Below are positions 22,777 through 39,790 of a stretch of 64,000 bases of DNA, piece after piece. Numbering within the stretch: position 1 is the stretch's first letter; each line of letters starts with the position of its first letter. The translations under genes and the position numbers were made by a program. Origin of the DNA: Escherichia coli (GTDB lineage: Bacteria; Pseudomonadota; Gammaproteobacteria; Enterobacterales; Enterobacteriaceae); assembly GCF_003334355.1 (NCBI RefSeq), contig NZ_QOWP01000005.1. One strand, given 5' to 3'. The notes under the pieces were generated by a model that was not told where the DNA came from, did no database searches, and worked only from the letters and a program-made list of their open reading frames with translations.

Positions 22777-24066
22777 TTATTTGTCTGTTATATCCGCGTC
22801 TTCTGCGTCCAGCACCACTTCTTCAGGGCGCAGCACACTAATCAGTTTGAAGATCAAACTTAAGCCGATACCGACGATGGTCGCCAGCGCCATACCTTTT
22901 AACTCCGCCGCGCCGATGTTTACCTTCGCGCCACTGACGCCGATGATCAAAATCACGGAAGTCAGGATCAGGTTCTGTGCTTTGTTGTAATCCACTTTCG
23001 ATTCGATCAAAACACGAATACCGGAAGCACCGATGACACCATAAAGCAGCAGCGAAACGCCGCCCATCACCGGCAATGGGATCATCTGGATAGCGGCAGC
23101 CAGTTTACCGACGCAGGAAAGCAGGATAGCGAAAATCGCCGCCCCGCCGATAACCCAGGTACTGTAAACACGGGTGATCGCCATCACGCCAATGTTTTCT
23201 CCGTAAGTGGTATTTGGCGTAGAGCCAAAGAAGCCGGAAATCACGGTCGACAAGCCATTAGCAAACATCGAACGGTGCAGACCTGGATCGCGCAGCAGAT
23301 CTTTTTTGACGATATTAGCCGTTACTACCAGGTGCCCTACGTGTTCGGCAATAACCACTAACGCCGCTGGCAGAATAGTCAGAATGGCAAACCACTCGAA
23401 GCGCGGCGTATAGAGGGTTGGCAGCGCAAACCAGTGAGCATTAATAATCGGCGTGGTATCGACAATTCCCATTGCGAAAGAGAGCGCGTAGCCCACCAGC
23501 ACGCCAATTAAAATCGGGATAATTGCCAGGAAACCACGAAACAGCACGGAACCTAAAACCGTGACCGCCAGGGTGGTAATAGAGATGATGATGGTTTTGG
23601 AGTCTGGCGTTTGCCCTTCAGCCGGGAGTAAACCCGCCATACCGGCAGCTACGCCCGCCAGCTCCAGACCGATGACGGCAACGATTGCGCCCATTGCCGC
23701 AGGTGGAAACAGCACGTCCAGCCAGCCGGTCCCCGCTTTCTTCACGATAAAAGAAACCAGGCAGAACAGCACGCCGCACATAATAAAGCCGCCCAGCGCG
23801 ACTTCATACCCTAACGGCAACAGTAACAATACCGGTGAAATAAAGGCAAAGCTGGAACCAAGATAAGCCGGAATTTTCCCTTTACAGATGAAGAGATACA
23901 GCAGCGTTCCAATACCGTTAAATAACAGTACAGTCGCCGGGTTAATATGAAATAAGACGGGCACCAGGACGGTTGCACCAAACATGGCGAACAAATGTTG
24001 CAAACTAAGCGGGATTGTCTGTAAAAGTGGCGGTCTTTCACTCACCCCGATAGCACGGCGCGTCAT
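22777..24066 (-). CDS. uraA: Uracil:H+ symporter (NCS2 family)
   Basis: Track ORF 22777..24108; start at internal Met ([33 protein letters not shown]...) gives 429 aa. Confidence 0.93.
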   Translation of the reverse strand: MTRRAIGVSERPPLLQTIPLSLQHLFAMFGATVLVPVLFHINPATVLLFNGIGTLLYLFICKGKIPAYLGSSFAFISPVLLLLPLGYEVALGGFIMCGVLFCLVSFIVKKAGTGWLDVLFPPAAMGAIVAVIGLELAGVAAGMAGLLPAEGQTPDSKTIIISITTLAVTVLGSVLFRGFLAIIPILIGVLVGYALSFAMGIVDTTPIINAHWFALPTLYTPRFEWFAILTILPAALVVIAEHVGHLVVTANIVKKDLLRDPGLHRSMFANGLSTVISGFFGSTPNTTYGENIGVMAITRVYSTWVIGGAAIFAILLSCVGKLAAAIQMIPLPVMGGVSLLLYGVIGASGIRVLIESKVDYNKAQNLILTSVILIIGVSGAKVNIGAAELKGMALATIVGIGLSLIFKLISVLRPEEVVLDAEDADITDK

Positions 24067-24151
24067 AGTATTATCCTCTGTATTATGTGTTATAGGCGCT
24101 TTACTCAAAAAAAAGCCGACTCTTAAAGTCGGCTTTAATTATTTTTATTCT

Positions 24152-24778
24152 TTATTTCGTACCAAAGATTTTGTCACCGGCATCGCCGAGGCCCGGAATA
24201 ATGTATCCGTGCTCGTTCAGTCCCTGATCAATCGATGCGGTATACAGTTCGACGTCCGGGTGCGCTTTTTCCAGCGCAGCGATACCTTCTGGCGCAGCGA
24301 CCAGCACCAGAACTTTGATGCTGCTGCAGCCCGCTTTTTTCAGCAGGTCGATGGTCGCGATAACGGAACCACCGGTTGCCAGCATTGGGTCAACGATCAG
24401 CGCCATACGCTCATCGATGTTAGAAACCAGTTTCTGGAAGTACGGTACCGGCTCCAGCGTTTCTTCATTACGGTACATACCGACAACGCTGATGCGCGCG
24501 CTCGGAACGTTTTCCAGCACACCGTCCATCATACCAAGACCCGCACGCAGAATTGGCACAACGGTAATTTTCTTACCTTTGATCTGGTCGATTTCTACCG
24601 GGCCGTTCCAGCCTTCGATAGTTACTTTTTCCGTTTCGAGGTCGGCGGTCGCTTCGTAAGTCAGCAGGCTACCCACTTCGGAAGCGAGTTCGCGAAAGCG
24701 CTTGGTGCTGATATCTTGCTCACGCATCAGTCCCAGCTTGTGTTTGACGAGTGGGTGTTTGACTTCCACGATCTTCAT
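24152..24778 (-). CDS. upp: Uracil phosphoribosyltransferase
   Basis: Track ORF 24152..24805; start at [21 protein letters not shown] gives 208 aa. Confidence 0.95.
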
Positions 24779-25023
24779 ACTCTTTCTCCTTTGAGGGGCA
24801 GCCACAAAAAAAATCGACGGATTATACCTCCTTTCTTCAAGGCGGCAATATTCTTTTCGTTGACTTTAGTCAAAATGATAACGGTTTGAGATAAAGTTAT
24901 TTTATATTCAAATGGTTACGAAAGAAGATTATTCCATCCGAAAACTAACCTTTACCCTGGTACAAGTCTTCTTTCGCCGCGCGCCTGGGCAAAAGACGTG
25001 CAAAAAGGTTGTGTAAAGCAGTC

Positions 25024-25039
25024 TCGCAAACGTTTGCTT
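25024..25039. promoter_or_regulatory. PurR operator (PUR box) of the purMN operon
   Basis: tcgcaaacgtttgctt, a near-perfect match to the PurR consensus, about 65 bp upstream of purM. Confidence 0.7.
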
Positions 25040-25084
25040 TCCCTGTTAGAATTGCGCCGAATTTTATTTTTCTACCGCAAGTAA

Positions 25085-26139
<1,055 letters not shown>

Positions 26140-26140
<1 letters not shown>

Positions 26141-26778
26141 TGAATATTGTGGTGCTTATTTCCGGCAACGGAAGTAATTTACAGGCAATTATTGACGCCT
26201 GTAAAACTAACAAAATTAAAGGCACCGTACGGGCAGTTTTCAGCAATAAGGCCGACGCGTTCGGCCTTGAACGCGCCCGCCAGGCGGGTATTGCAACGCA
26301 TACGCTCATCGCCAGCGCGTTTGACAGTCGTGAAGCCTATGACCGGGAGTTGATTCATGAAATCGACATGTACGCACCCGATGTGGTCGTGCTGGCTGGT
26401 TTTATGCGCATTCTCAGCCCGGCGTTTGTCTCCCACTATGCCGGGCGTTTGCTGAACATTCACCCTTCTCTGCTGCCGAAATATCCCGGATTACACACCC
26501 ATCGTCAGGCGCTGGAAAATGGTGATGAAGAGCACGGTACATCGGTGCATTTCGTCACCGATGAACTGGACGGTGGCCCGGTTATTTTACAGGCGAAAGT
26601 CCCGGTATTTGCTGGTGATACGGAAGATGACATCACCGCCCGCGTGCAAACCCAGGAATACGCTATTTATCCACTGGTGATTAGCTGGTTTGCCGATGGT
26701 CGTCTGAAAATGCACGAAAACGCCGCGTGGCTGGATGGTCAACGTCTGCCGCCGCAGGGCTACGCTGCCGACGAGTAA
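26140..26778 (+). CDS. purN: Phosphoribosylglycinamide formyltransferase 1
   Basis: 212-aa ORF MNIVVLISGNGSNLQAIIDAC...; ATG overlaps the purM stop (ATAATG). Confidence 0.95.
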
Positions 26779-26793
26779 TGCCCCGTAGTTAAA

Positions 26794-26820
26794 GCGCCAG
26801 CTCTGCCGCTGGCGTTTTTC
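26794..26820 (+). terminator. Intrinsic terminator of purMN
   Basis: Hairpin gcgccagc-tctgcc-gctggcg followed by ttttt. Confidence 0.65.
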
Positions 26821-26948
26821 AATTCACCTGTAAATCGCAAGCTCCAGCAGTTTTTTTCCCCCTTTTCTGGCATAGTTGGACATCTGCCAATATTGCTCGC
26901 CATAATATCCAGGCAGTGTCCCGTGAATAAAACGGAGTAAAAGTGGTA

Positions 26949-30561
<3,613 letters not shown>

Positions 30562-30565
30562 TGCT

Positions 30566-30599
30566 TTGCGGGCCGACGAGAAATGTCGGCCCGCATTAT
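30566..30599. terminator. Bidirectional intrinsic terminator between convergent ppx and pdeF
   Basis: Hairpin gcgggccgac-gagaaat-gtcggcccgc flanked by T/A-rich sequence, filling the 38-bp convergent gap. Confidence 0.65.
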
Positions 30600-32843
30600 T
30601 CAGGCACTTTCGCGAATGGGTTCGATTTCATTCAACGTATCAATTAACGGCTGCGGCTTACCAATAAGATAACCCTGCATATAATCGATCCCCAAAGAGA
30701 GCACCGCCTCGCGGATCTCTTCGTTTTCAACGTACTCTGCCACTACCCGCATTTTCTTCATTCGCGCCAGGTGGCAAATCGATGCCACTATCTGATAATC
30801 CAGACTATTTGACACAATATTGCGGATAAAACTGCCGTCAATTTTAAGCAGATCGGCATTCACATTTTTAAGCCGCGCATAGCTGGCGTAGCCGGTGCCG
30901 AAATCATCAATCGCAATCTGGCAGCCTAATTCCTGAAGATGCTGCAAGGTGATTTGCGCCTGCTTAACATTGGTCAGAGCATTACTTTCGGTGACTTCAA
31001 AAATAAGTTGCCACGCTTCAATCTGATATTTAGCCAGCAACTGACTGACTTCAACAGGAAAACGAGCCTGACATACCGAGGTTGGAGACAGATTAATAGC
31101 AAAACGGTGAGCGGGCATCTTCGCTCTGTTTTCAGCCATAAATTGCAGCGTATGCTCAATGACCCACATGTCGATACTCGACGATAAACCAAATTCGTGC
31201 GCGACCGGCAAGAAGCTATCGGGGCTGATCAGTTCATCATTCTCACCTTTCATGCGCAGAAGAATTTCATGGTAAACATCACCACGCATACCGGTAATCG
31301 GCTGGGCCATCAGGAAAAAATGGTTGTGTTCCAGCGCCTGCTGTAGTCGATTCATCATCGCGACTTTATCTTTCAATTCGCGTTGCAAATACATTGCCCC
31401 GCGACGCTGCATATTTTCCGGGGCGTTGGTCACGATGGAAAGTTCGGCGACCGTATTTAGCTCTCCCAGCAGCAGGTAGATATGATTCACTGGCGAGCGC
31501 ACATAGCAGTAACTGACGCCAATCTGCGGTTGCATCGGCATGCCATCCCAAAAGAAACGAAATTGCTTGAGATGGCTATCCAGTGCGGTAATGCGCTCCT
31601 GGTGCGATTCTGTATTCAGTCGCAGCGCGAGATCGTTACCCGAAAGCTGATAAACATCTTCACCCGGTTCCAGCAAGGGTGACAGCCAGTGAGAAAGTTT
31701 TTGCTTGTATTGAATCCGCAGCATGATGCCATAGTTCTTAACCAGCATTTCCATGCCAGGGATGCGTAAATAACAAAGCGCAGACCAGGGGGCATCACGC
31801 AACGCGCGATTCAGGGCGCGAACATTTGGCAGATGAACCACCGGGTCCACATACGCAAGCCGCTGAATGCGTCTGACTACCGCTCTCTGACGGGTTGCCA
31901 GTACAGCCATATAATTGACAATAAAAGAGAATACCAGATAACTGGAGGAGGTTATGGCCAGCTGCGTGGTATAGCCAGGATAAATGGGAATGTAATTTTG
32001 ATAGCTGTGGATGCTGATCATCAACACGACCGCCCAGAGCAGCGAAATCAGCTTATAACCATAGCGCATCGCTCCCCACATCATCAGGGGCAGCAATAAT
32101 GACAAGGTATAATTGGTGCTAAAAATTGTGCTTTTTTCATTTAACGGCATGCATAACAGCAACAATAAAGCACCTAATGCCAGTAGCCAGAGCGCGAACT
32201 CTTTTTTGGTGACTTTGGCATCAACCTGCTGTTTTAATTGCGAATAATAGCTACGTAAATAAAATGGATTTCGCACTACCCGAATGATGAAGTAGCACAG
32301 CGGGACACCGATCAGATTACCCACCAGTAAGGCCTGATAATTGATTAAAGTCCCGAGGTTAAAAGGCATGACACCGACCAGATTTTCTCTGCTCGCCAGT
32401 AATCCTACAAATGCAGCAAACTGGAAAAGTATCAGAAACAGCGTTGCAGGAAACACAATCTGCCAGAATATACGCTGGGAAATTAAACGGGTATCACCAT
32501 GTGAAACGTTGTTACGCCGGGGAGTAAAGACCCTGTAACCGCCCCAACAGAGAATGATAATGATAATAAAATTAGCCGTTAATGATAGCGTTTCGTAAAA
32601 ACCCAGCTCTGCATATTTGCGGACAAAAATCCCTAAGGCGATCCCTGGCAATGCCGCCCAGCTGAAAAACATCATCATGCTGATCATCAGTGCCAGAGGC
32701 AGATAAAAGAGAAAAACCTCACCGGAAGAAATATGCGCGAAAGTATTAATGTGGGCGAAAATGGGCAAGATTAAAGAAGGCAGGAACAGCGGAAGCCCCC
32801 ACCATTTATCACGTATTTTTATATAAGTTGCATTCAGTTTCAT
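30600..32843 (-). CDS. pdeF: Membrane-anchored cyclic-di-GMP phosphodiesterase (MASE1 / degenerate GGDEF / EAL)
   Basis: 747-aa ORF MKLNATYIKIRDKWWGLPLFLPSLILPIF... with N-terminal polytopic membrane domain and C-terminal EAL-type domain; I recognise it as YfgF/PdeF. Confidence 0.9.
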   Translation of the reverse strand: MKLNATYIKIRDKWWGLPLFLPSLILPIFAHINTFAHISSGEVFLFYLPLALMISMMMFFSWAALPGIALGIFVRKYAELGFYETLSLTANFIIIIILCWGGYRVFTPRRNNVSHGDTRLISQRIFWQIVFPATLFLILFQFAAFVGLLASRENLVGVMPFNLGTLINYQALLVGNLIGVPLCYFIIRVVRNPFYLRSYYSQLKQQVDAKVTKKEFALWLLALGALLLLLCMPLNEKSTIFSTNYTLSLLLPLMMWGAMRYGYKLISLLWAVVLMISIHSYQNYIPIYPGYTTQLAITSSSYLVFSFIVNYMAVLATRQRAVVRRIQRLAYVDPVVHLPNVRALNRALRDAPWSALCYLRIPGMEMLVKNYGIMLRIQYKQKLSHWLSPLLEPGEDVYQLSGNDLALRLNTESHQERITALDSHLKQFRFFWDGMPMQPQIGVSYCYVRSPVNHIYLLLGELNTVAELSIVTNAPENMQRRGAMYLQRELKDKVAMMNRLQQALEHNHFFLMAQPITGMRGDVYHEILLRMKGENDELISPDSFLPVAHEFGLSSSIDMWVIEHTLQFMAENRAKMPAHRFAINLSPTSVCQARFPVEVSQLLAKYQIEAWQLIFEVTESNALTNVKQAQITLQHLQELGCQIAIDDFGTGYASYARLKNVNADLLKIDGSFIRNIVSNSLDYQIVASICHLARMKKMRVVAEYVENEEIREAVLSLGIDYMQGYLIGKPQPLIDTLNEIEPIRESA

Positions 32844-33194
32844 AGATGCTCAGCAGAATCCCCCACATCCTGAAGGAGGTGTATTCAGACAGGCATCCCA
32901 CCTGACTTCGAATGATGATTATTCATCACTATAGAGAGCATTGATTCTAAGTGTCATATGAAAGTACCAATTGATATATATCAAACAAAATAACCCTGAT
33001 TAATGAATTATTACGTTTATCATGTTAATTCATCATTATTACATCATCATTGTAAATAATTAAATTAACTTCCATAACATTAAAATATGTATCCACTGAC
33101 GCTTTTTTACATAACGAAGAATTGACCATTTTGTCCTGTTGTGCCTTAATGTAAGTACCGTCCACAGCGTGGGACATACTTCAAGGAACCTTTT

Positions 33195-33386
33195 GTGAGT
33201 CAGGCAACCAGTATGCGAAAACGACACCGATTTAACAGTCGCATGACCCGTATCGTACTGCTCATCAGCTTTATCTTCTTCTTTGGCCGTTTTATCTACT
33301 CGTCCGTCGGTGCCTGGCAGCACCATCAGAGCAAAAAAGAAGCTCAGCAATCCACACTCTCCGTCGAATCACCGGTACAACGTTAG
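33195..33386 (+). CDS. yfgG: Small membrane protein YfgG (63 aa)
   Basis: GTG-start ORF (M)SQATSMRKRHRFNSRMTRIVLLISFIFFFGRFIYS... in an AT-rich intergenic region; single TM helix. Confidence 0.75.
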   Translation: MSQATSMRKRHRFNSRMTRIVLLISFIFFFGRFIYSSVGAWQHHQSKKEAQQSTLSVESPVQR

Positions 33387-33697
33387 CGGTTACCTTCTCC
33401 ACTTTCACAGAACATAACGGCACTTCGCTGTCGGATGCTTTTGCTCTTTGGGATTATCAAAGCGGCAGATATTCTTTCATCTTAAATTTTACGTCTTTGT
33501 CCTGACTGATGTTTATCCTGTTTGGCTGCGAAATAAATATAAATTAATATATATATGTTGTAATGATATATTTTTATAAATTATTCCCTGCGTGAATTTT
33601 AATAAATTTAATCTATCCCTTTATACGCAATACATTTACTTTCCTCTTTTGATGATCTTAAATGTCTTATTTTTCGTAATGTGTATAACAAGGAATA

Positions 33698-34216
33698 GTG
33701 ATGAAATTTAAAAAATGTCTTCTGCCTGTAGCAATGTTAGCGTCATTCACTCTGGCAGGATGCCAGTCAAATGCTGACGATCATGCCGCCGATGTTTATC
33801 AAACCGATCAACTGAATACCAAACAAGAAACTAAAACCGTTAATATTATTTCCATTCTTCCCGCAAAAGTTGCCGTAGACAACTCCCAAAATAAACGGAA
33901 CGCACAAGCCTTCGGCGCGCTTATTGGCGCAGTCGCTGGCGGTGTTATCGGCCACAACGTCGGTTCTGGCAGCAATTCCGGAACGACGGCAGGGGCAGTT
34001 GGCGGCGGAGCTGTAGGCGCGGCAGCGGGTTCTATGGTGAATGATAAAACCTTAGTGGAAGGTGTTTCTTTAACGTATAAGGAAGGCACCAAAGTGTATA
34101 CCTCCACCCAGGTGGGTAAAGAGTGCCAGTTTACGACAGGTTTAGCCGTTGTTATTACCACGACGTATAACGAAACGCGTATTCAGCCAAATACCAAATG
34201 TCCTGAAAAGAGCTAA
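33698..34216 (+). CDS. yfgH: Outer-membrane lipoprotein YfgH (glycine-zipper protein)
   Basis: 172-aa ORF with lipobox (MMKFKKCLLPVAMLASFTLAGCQS) and the Gly-rich zipper GALIGAVAGGVIGHNVGSGS. Confidence 0.88.
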   Translation: MMKFKKCLLPVAMLASFTLAGCQSNADDHAADVYQTDQLNTKQETKTVNIISILPAKVAVDNSQNKRNAQAFGALIGAVAGGVIGHNVGSGSNSGTTAGAVGGGAVGAAAGSMVNDKTLVEGVSLTYKEGTKVYTSTQVGKECQFTTGLAVVITTTYNETRIQPNTKCPEKS

Positions 34217-34231
34217 TAATCAGGAGGAGTC

Positions 34232-34771
34232 ATGAAGAAAGTTTTTCTTTGCGCCATCTTGGCCTCCTTAAGCTATCCGGCTATCGCCTCATCATTGCAG
34301 GATCAACTCTCGGCTGTCGCAGAAGCGGAACAGCAAGGTAAAAATGAAGAGCAAAAGCAGCATGATGAATGGGTCGCGGAGCGCAACAGGGAAATCCAGC
34401 AAGAGAAGCAACGTCGCGCAAATGCCCAGGCCGCCGCTAACAAAAGAGCGGCAACGGCAGCAGCAAATAAGAAAGCTCGTCAGGATAAACTGGACGCCGA
34501 AGCCTCTGCGGACAAAAAACGCGATCAAAGTTATGAAGATAAGCTACGCAGCTTAGAGATTCAGAAACAAAAACTGGCGCTGGCAAAAGAAGAAGCCCGC
34601 GTTAAGCGAGAAAACGAATTTATCGATCAGGAACTGAAGCACAAAGCTGCGCAAACCGATGTGGTGCAATCTGAAGCTGACGCCAACAGAAATATGACTG
34701 AAGGCGGTCGCGATCTGATGAAAAGCGTGGGCAAAGCAGAAGAGAACAAATCGGACAGCTGGTTTAATTAA
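34232..34771 (+). CDS. yfgI: Secreted, highly charged coiled-coil-like protein YfgI
   Basis: 179-aa ORF with signal peptide (MKKVFLCAILASLSYPAIASSL) and K/E/A/Q-rich low-complexity body. Confidence 0.85.
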   Translation: MKKVFLCAILASLSYPAIASSLQDQLSAVAEAEQQGKNEEQKQHDEWVAERNREIQQEKQRRANAQAAANKRAATAAANKKARQDKLDAEASADKKRDQSYEDKLRSLEIQKQKLALAKEEARVKRENEFIDQELKHKAAQTDVVQSEADANRNMTEGGRDLMKSVGKAEENKSDSWFN

Positions 34772-34808
34772 TCGATGTTAGTAACTTCAAGCCTATGATT
34801 CTTGAAGA

Positions 34809-34841
34809 TAAAAAACCCTCTGTAGTAACAGAGGGTTTTGT
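34809..34841. terminator. Bidirectional intrinsic terminator between convergent yfgI and guaA
   Basis: aaaaaa-ccctctg-tagtaa-cagaggg-tttt: symmetric A-run / hairpin / T-run. Confidence 0.7.
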
Positions 34842-34865
34842 TCATTCATAGTGCAGGGATTAAAA

Positions 34866-36443
34866 TCATTCCCACTCAATGGTAGCTGGCGGCTTGCCGC
34901 TGATGTCATACACCACGCGGGAAATACCGTTCACTTCATTGATAATGCGGTTGGAAACGCGACCGAGGAAATCGTACGGCAGATGCGCCCAGTGTGCGGT
35001 CATAAAGTCGATGGTTTCGACAGCACGCAGAGAGACAACCCAGTCATACTTACGACCATCGCCCATTACGCCAACGGAACGTACCGGCAGGAACACAGTG
35101 AACGCCTGGCTGACTTTGTCGTACAGGTCCGCTTTACGCAGTTCTTCAATGAAGATGGCGTCAGCACGGCGCAGCAGGTCACAGTACTCTTTCTTCACTT
35201 CACCCAGCACACGAACGCCAAGGCCTGGTCCCGGGAATGGGTGACGGTACAACATGTCGTACGGCAGGCCCAGCTCCAGACCAATCTTACGCACTTCGTC
35301 TTTGAACAGCTCTTTCAGCGGTTCAACCAGGTCCATCTTCATCTCTTTCGGCAGGCCGCCCACGTTGTGGTGAGATTTGATGACGTGTGCTTTACCGGTT
35401 GCAGACGCCGCAGATTCGATAACGTCAGGGTAGATGGTGCCCTGCGCCAGCCACTTCACGTCTTCCAGTTTCAGCGCTTCTTCATCGAATACTTCAACGA
35501 AAACGCGACCGATGATTTTACGTTTTGCTTCCGGATCGTTTTCGCCAGCCAGCGCTGACAGGAAGCGATCTTCTGCCGGAACGTGAACAATGTTCAGACC
35601 AAAGTGATCGCCAAACATATCCAGAACCTGCTCTGCTTCGTTGAGACGCAGCAGGCCGTTGTCGACGAATACGCAAGTCAGGTTTTTACCGATAGCGCGG
35701 TGCAGTAGCATTGCGGTTACGGAGGAATCCACGCCACCAGAGAGGCCGAGGATGACTTTATCGTCGCCTACCTGCTCACGGATGCGGGCTACAGCATCGT
35801 CGATAATTTTCGCTGGCGTCCACAGGGCTTCACACTGGCAGATATCACGCACAAAACGCTCCAGCATGCGCATACCCTGGCGGGTGTGAGTCACTTCCGG
35901 GTGGAACTGTACGCCATAGAAGCGTTTTTCTTCGTTAGCCATAATGGCAAACGGGCAGCTTTCGGTGCTGGCTACGGTGACGAAGTCGGACGGGATAGCG
36001 GTAACTTTATCGCCGTGGCTCATCCAGACATCGAGCAGCGGTTTACCGTCTGCGGTCAGCGCATCTTCGATACCGCGAACCAGTGCGCTGTCGTTTACGA
36101 CTTCAACCTGCGCGTAGCCAAATTCACGTTCGTTAGAGGCTTCAACGTGACCGCCCAACTGCATCGCCATGGTCTGCATACCATAGCAAACGCCGAATAC
36201 CGGTACGCCTGCTTCAAAGACATACTGCGGCGCACGCGGACTGTTTTCTTCAGTAGTACTTTCCGGGCCGCCGGAAAGAATAATGCCGCTTGGATTGAAG
36301 TCACGAATTTGTGCTTCTGTCACATCCCACGCCCACAGTTCGCAGTAAACGCCCAGCTCACGCACGCGGCGCGCAACCAGTTGAGTATACTGGGAACCGA
36401 AGTCCAGAATGAGGATGCGATGCTTATGAATGTTTTCCGTCAT
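34866..36443 (-). CDS. guaA: GMP synthase (glutamine-hydrolysing)
   Basis: 525-aa [39 protein letters not shown]... with the PP-loop SGGVDSS. Confidence 0.97.
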   Translation of the reverse strand: MTENIHKHRILILDFGSQYTQLVARRVRELGVYCELWAWDVTEAQIRDFNPSGIILSGGPESTTEENSPRAPQYVFEAGVPVFGVCYGMQTMAMQLGGHVEASNEREFGYAQVEVVNDSALVRGIEDALTADGKPLLDVWMSHGDKVTAIPSDFVTVASTESCPFAIMANEEKRFYGVQFHPEVTHTRQGMRMLERFVRDICQCEALWTPAKIIDDAVARIREQVGDDKVILGLSGGVDSSVTAMLLHRAIGKNLTCVFVDNGLLRLNEAEQVLDMFGDHFGLNIVHVPAEDRFLSALAGENDPEAKRKIIGRVFVEVFDEEALKLEDVKWLAQGTIYPDVIESAASATGKAHVIKSHHNVGGLPKEMKMDLVEPLKELFKDEVRKIGLELGLPYDMLYRHPFPGPGLGVRVLGEVKKEYCDLLRRADAIFIEELRKADLYDKVSQAFTVFLPVRSVGVMGDGRKYDWVVSLRAVETIDFMTAHWAHLPYDFLGRVSNRIINEVNGISRVVYDISGKPPATIEWE

Positions 36444-36511
36444 TGACGCTTATTCCGAGGCAAGTGAAACAGATAATATAAATCGCCCGACATGAAGTCG
36501 GGCGAAGAGAA

Positions 36512-37978
36512 TCAGGAGCCCAGACGGTAGTTCGGGGACTCTTTAGTAATGGTCACGTCGTGAACGTGGCTTTCCTGAATGCCCGCACCGCTGATACGTA
36601 CAAACTCCGCTTTAGTACGCAGTTCGTCGATAGTACCACAGCCGGTCAGGCCCATACAGGAGCGCAGGCCACCCATCTGCTGGTGAATGATCTCTTTCAG
36701 GCGACCTTTATAAGCTACGCGACCTTCGATACCTTCCGGCACCAGTTTGTCGGCAGCGTTATCGCTCTGGAAATAACGGTCAGAGGAACCTTTGGACATC
36801 GCGCCCAGGGAACCCATACCACGGTAAGATTTGTAAGAACGGCCCTGGTAGAGTTCGATTTCACCCGGAGATTCTTCAGTACCCGCCAGCATGGAACCCA
36901 CCATTACCGCGCTTGCGCCAGCGGCGATAGCTTTGGCGATGTCGCCGGAGAAGCGAATACCACCATCTGCGATAACCGGAATACCTGTGCCTTCCAGCGC
37001 TTCAACTGCGTCAGCAACGGCAGTGATCTGCGGAACACCTACGCCAGTCACGATACGAGTCGTACAGATAGAGCCAGGGCCGATACCGACTTTAACCGCG
37101 CTGCAACCAGCTTCTGCCAGAGCGCGTGCACCTGCAGCTGTTGCCACGTTGCCGCCGATGATTTGCAGATCAGGATATTTAGCACGGGTTTCACGGATAC
37201 GCTGCAGAACGCCTTCAGAGTGACCGTGAGAGGAGTCGATCAGCAGAACATCAACACCTGCGGCAACCAGCGCATCAACACGCTCTTCGTTACCCGCACC
37301 TGCGCCAACCGCTGCACCAACACGCAGACGGCCTTGCTCGTCTTTACAGGCGTTCGGTTTACGTTCCGCTTTCTGGAAATCTTTCACGGTGATCATGCCG
37401 ATCAGGTGGAATTCGTCATCAACCACCAGCGCTTTTTCAACGCGTTTTTCGTGCATTTTTGCCAGCACCACTTCACGGGCTTCACCTTCACGCACGGTGA
37501 CCAGACGCTCTTTCGGCGTCATGTAAACGCTAACCGGCTGGTTCAGGTCGGTAACAAAACGCACGTCACGACCGGTGATAATACCCACCAGCTCGTTTTC
37601 TTCGGTAACGACCGGATAGCCCGCAAAACCGTTACGCTCGGTCAGTTCTTTCACTTCGCGCAGCGTCGTGGTTGGCAGAACAGTCTGCGGATCAGTCACC
37701 ACACCAGATTCGTGTTTTTTCACACGGCGAACTTCTTCTGCCTGGCGTTCAATGGACATGTTTTTGTGGATAAAGCCGATACCGCCTTCCTGAGCCAGAG
37801 CAATAGCCAGGCGCGCTTCCGTTACGGTATCCATTGCTGCGGAAAGCATAGGGATATTCAGACGAATAGTTTTCGTCAGCTGGGTGCTGAGGTCAGCAGT
37901 ATTCGGCAGAACGGTAGAATGAGCAGGAACGAGGAGAACGTCGTCAAACGTCAGAGCTTCTTTAGCGATACGTAGCAT
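36512..37978 (-). CDS. guaB: IMP dehydrogenase
   Basis: Track ORF 36512..38047; start at [25 protein letters not shown] gives 488 aa; catalytic loop [11 protein letters not shown]. Confidence 0.97.
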
Positions 37979-39722
<1,744 letters not shown>

Positions 39723-39790
39723 ATGAATTCCTCCGGTAGCCACCCCTCTACATTCATAGAGGGAATGGCAGATAAAATACTTACGGATAA

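Noticed and set aside
36560-37975. Long plus-strand ORF (471 aa) antisense to guaB, and similar long antisense ORFs opposite guaA (35886-36446), pepB (59084-59767), ndk-pbpC (48307-48834), hda/uraA (22292-22990) and yfhM (several)
   Set aside because: These are shadow ORFs in GC-rich, codon-biased genes. Their translations are low-complexity (R/H/F/T-rich) with no recognisable domains, whereas the opposite strand encodes well-conserved proteins with intact motifs.
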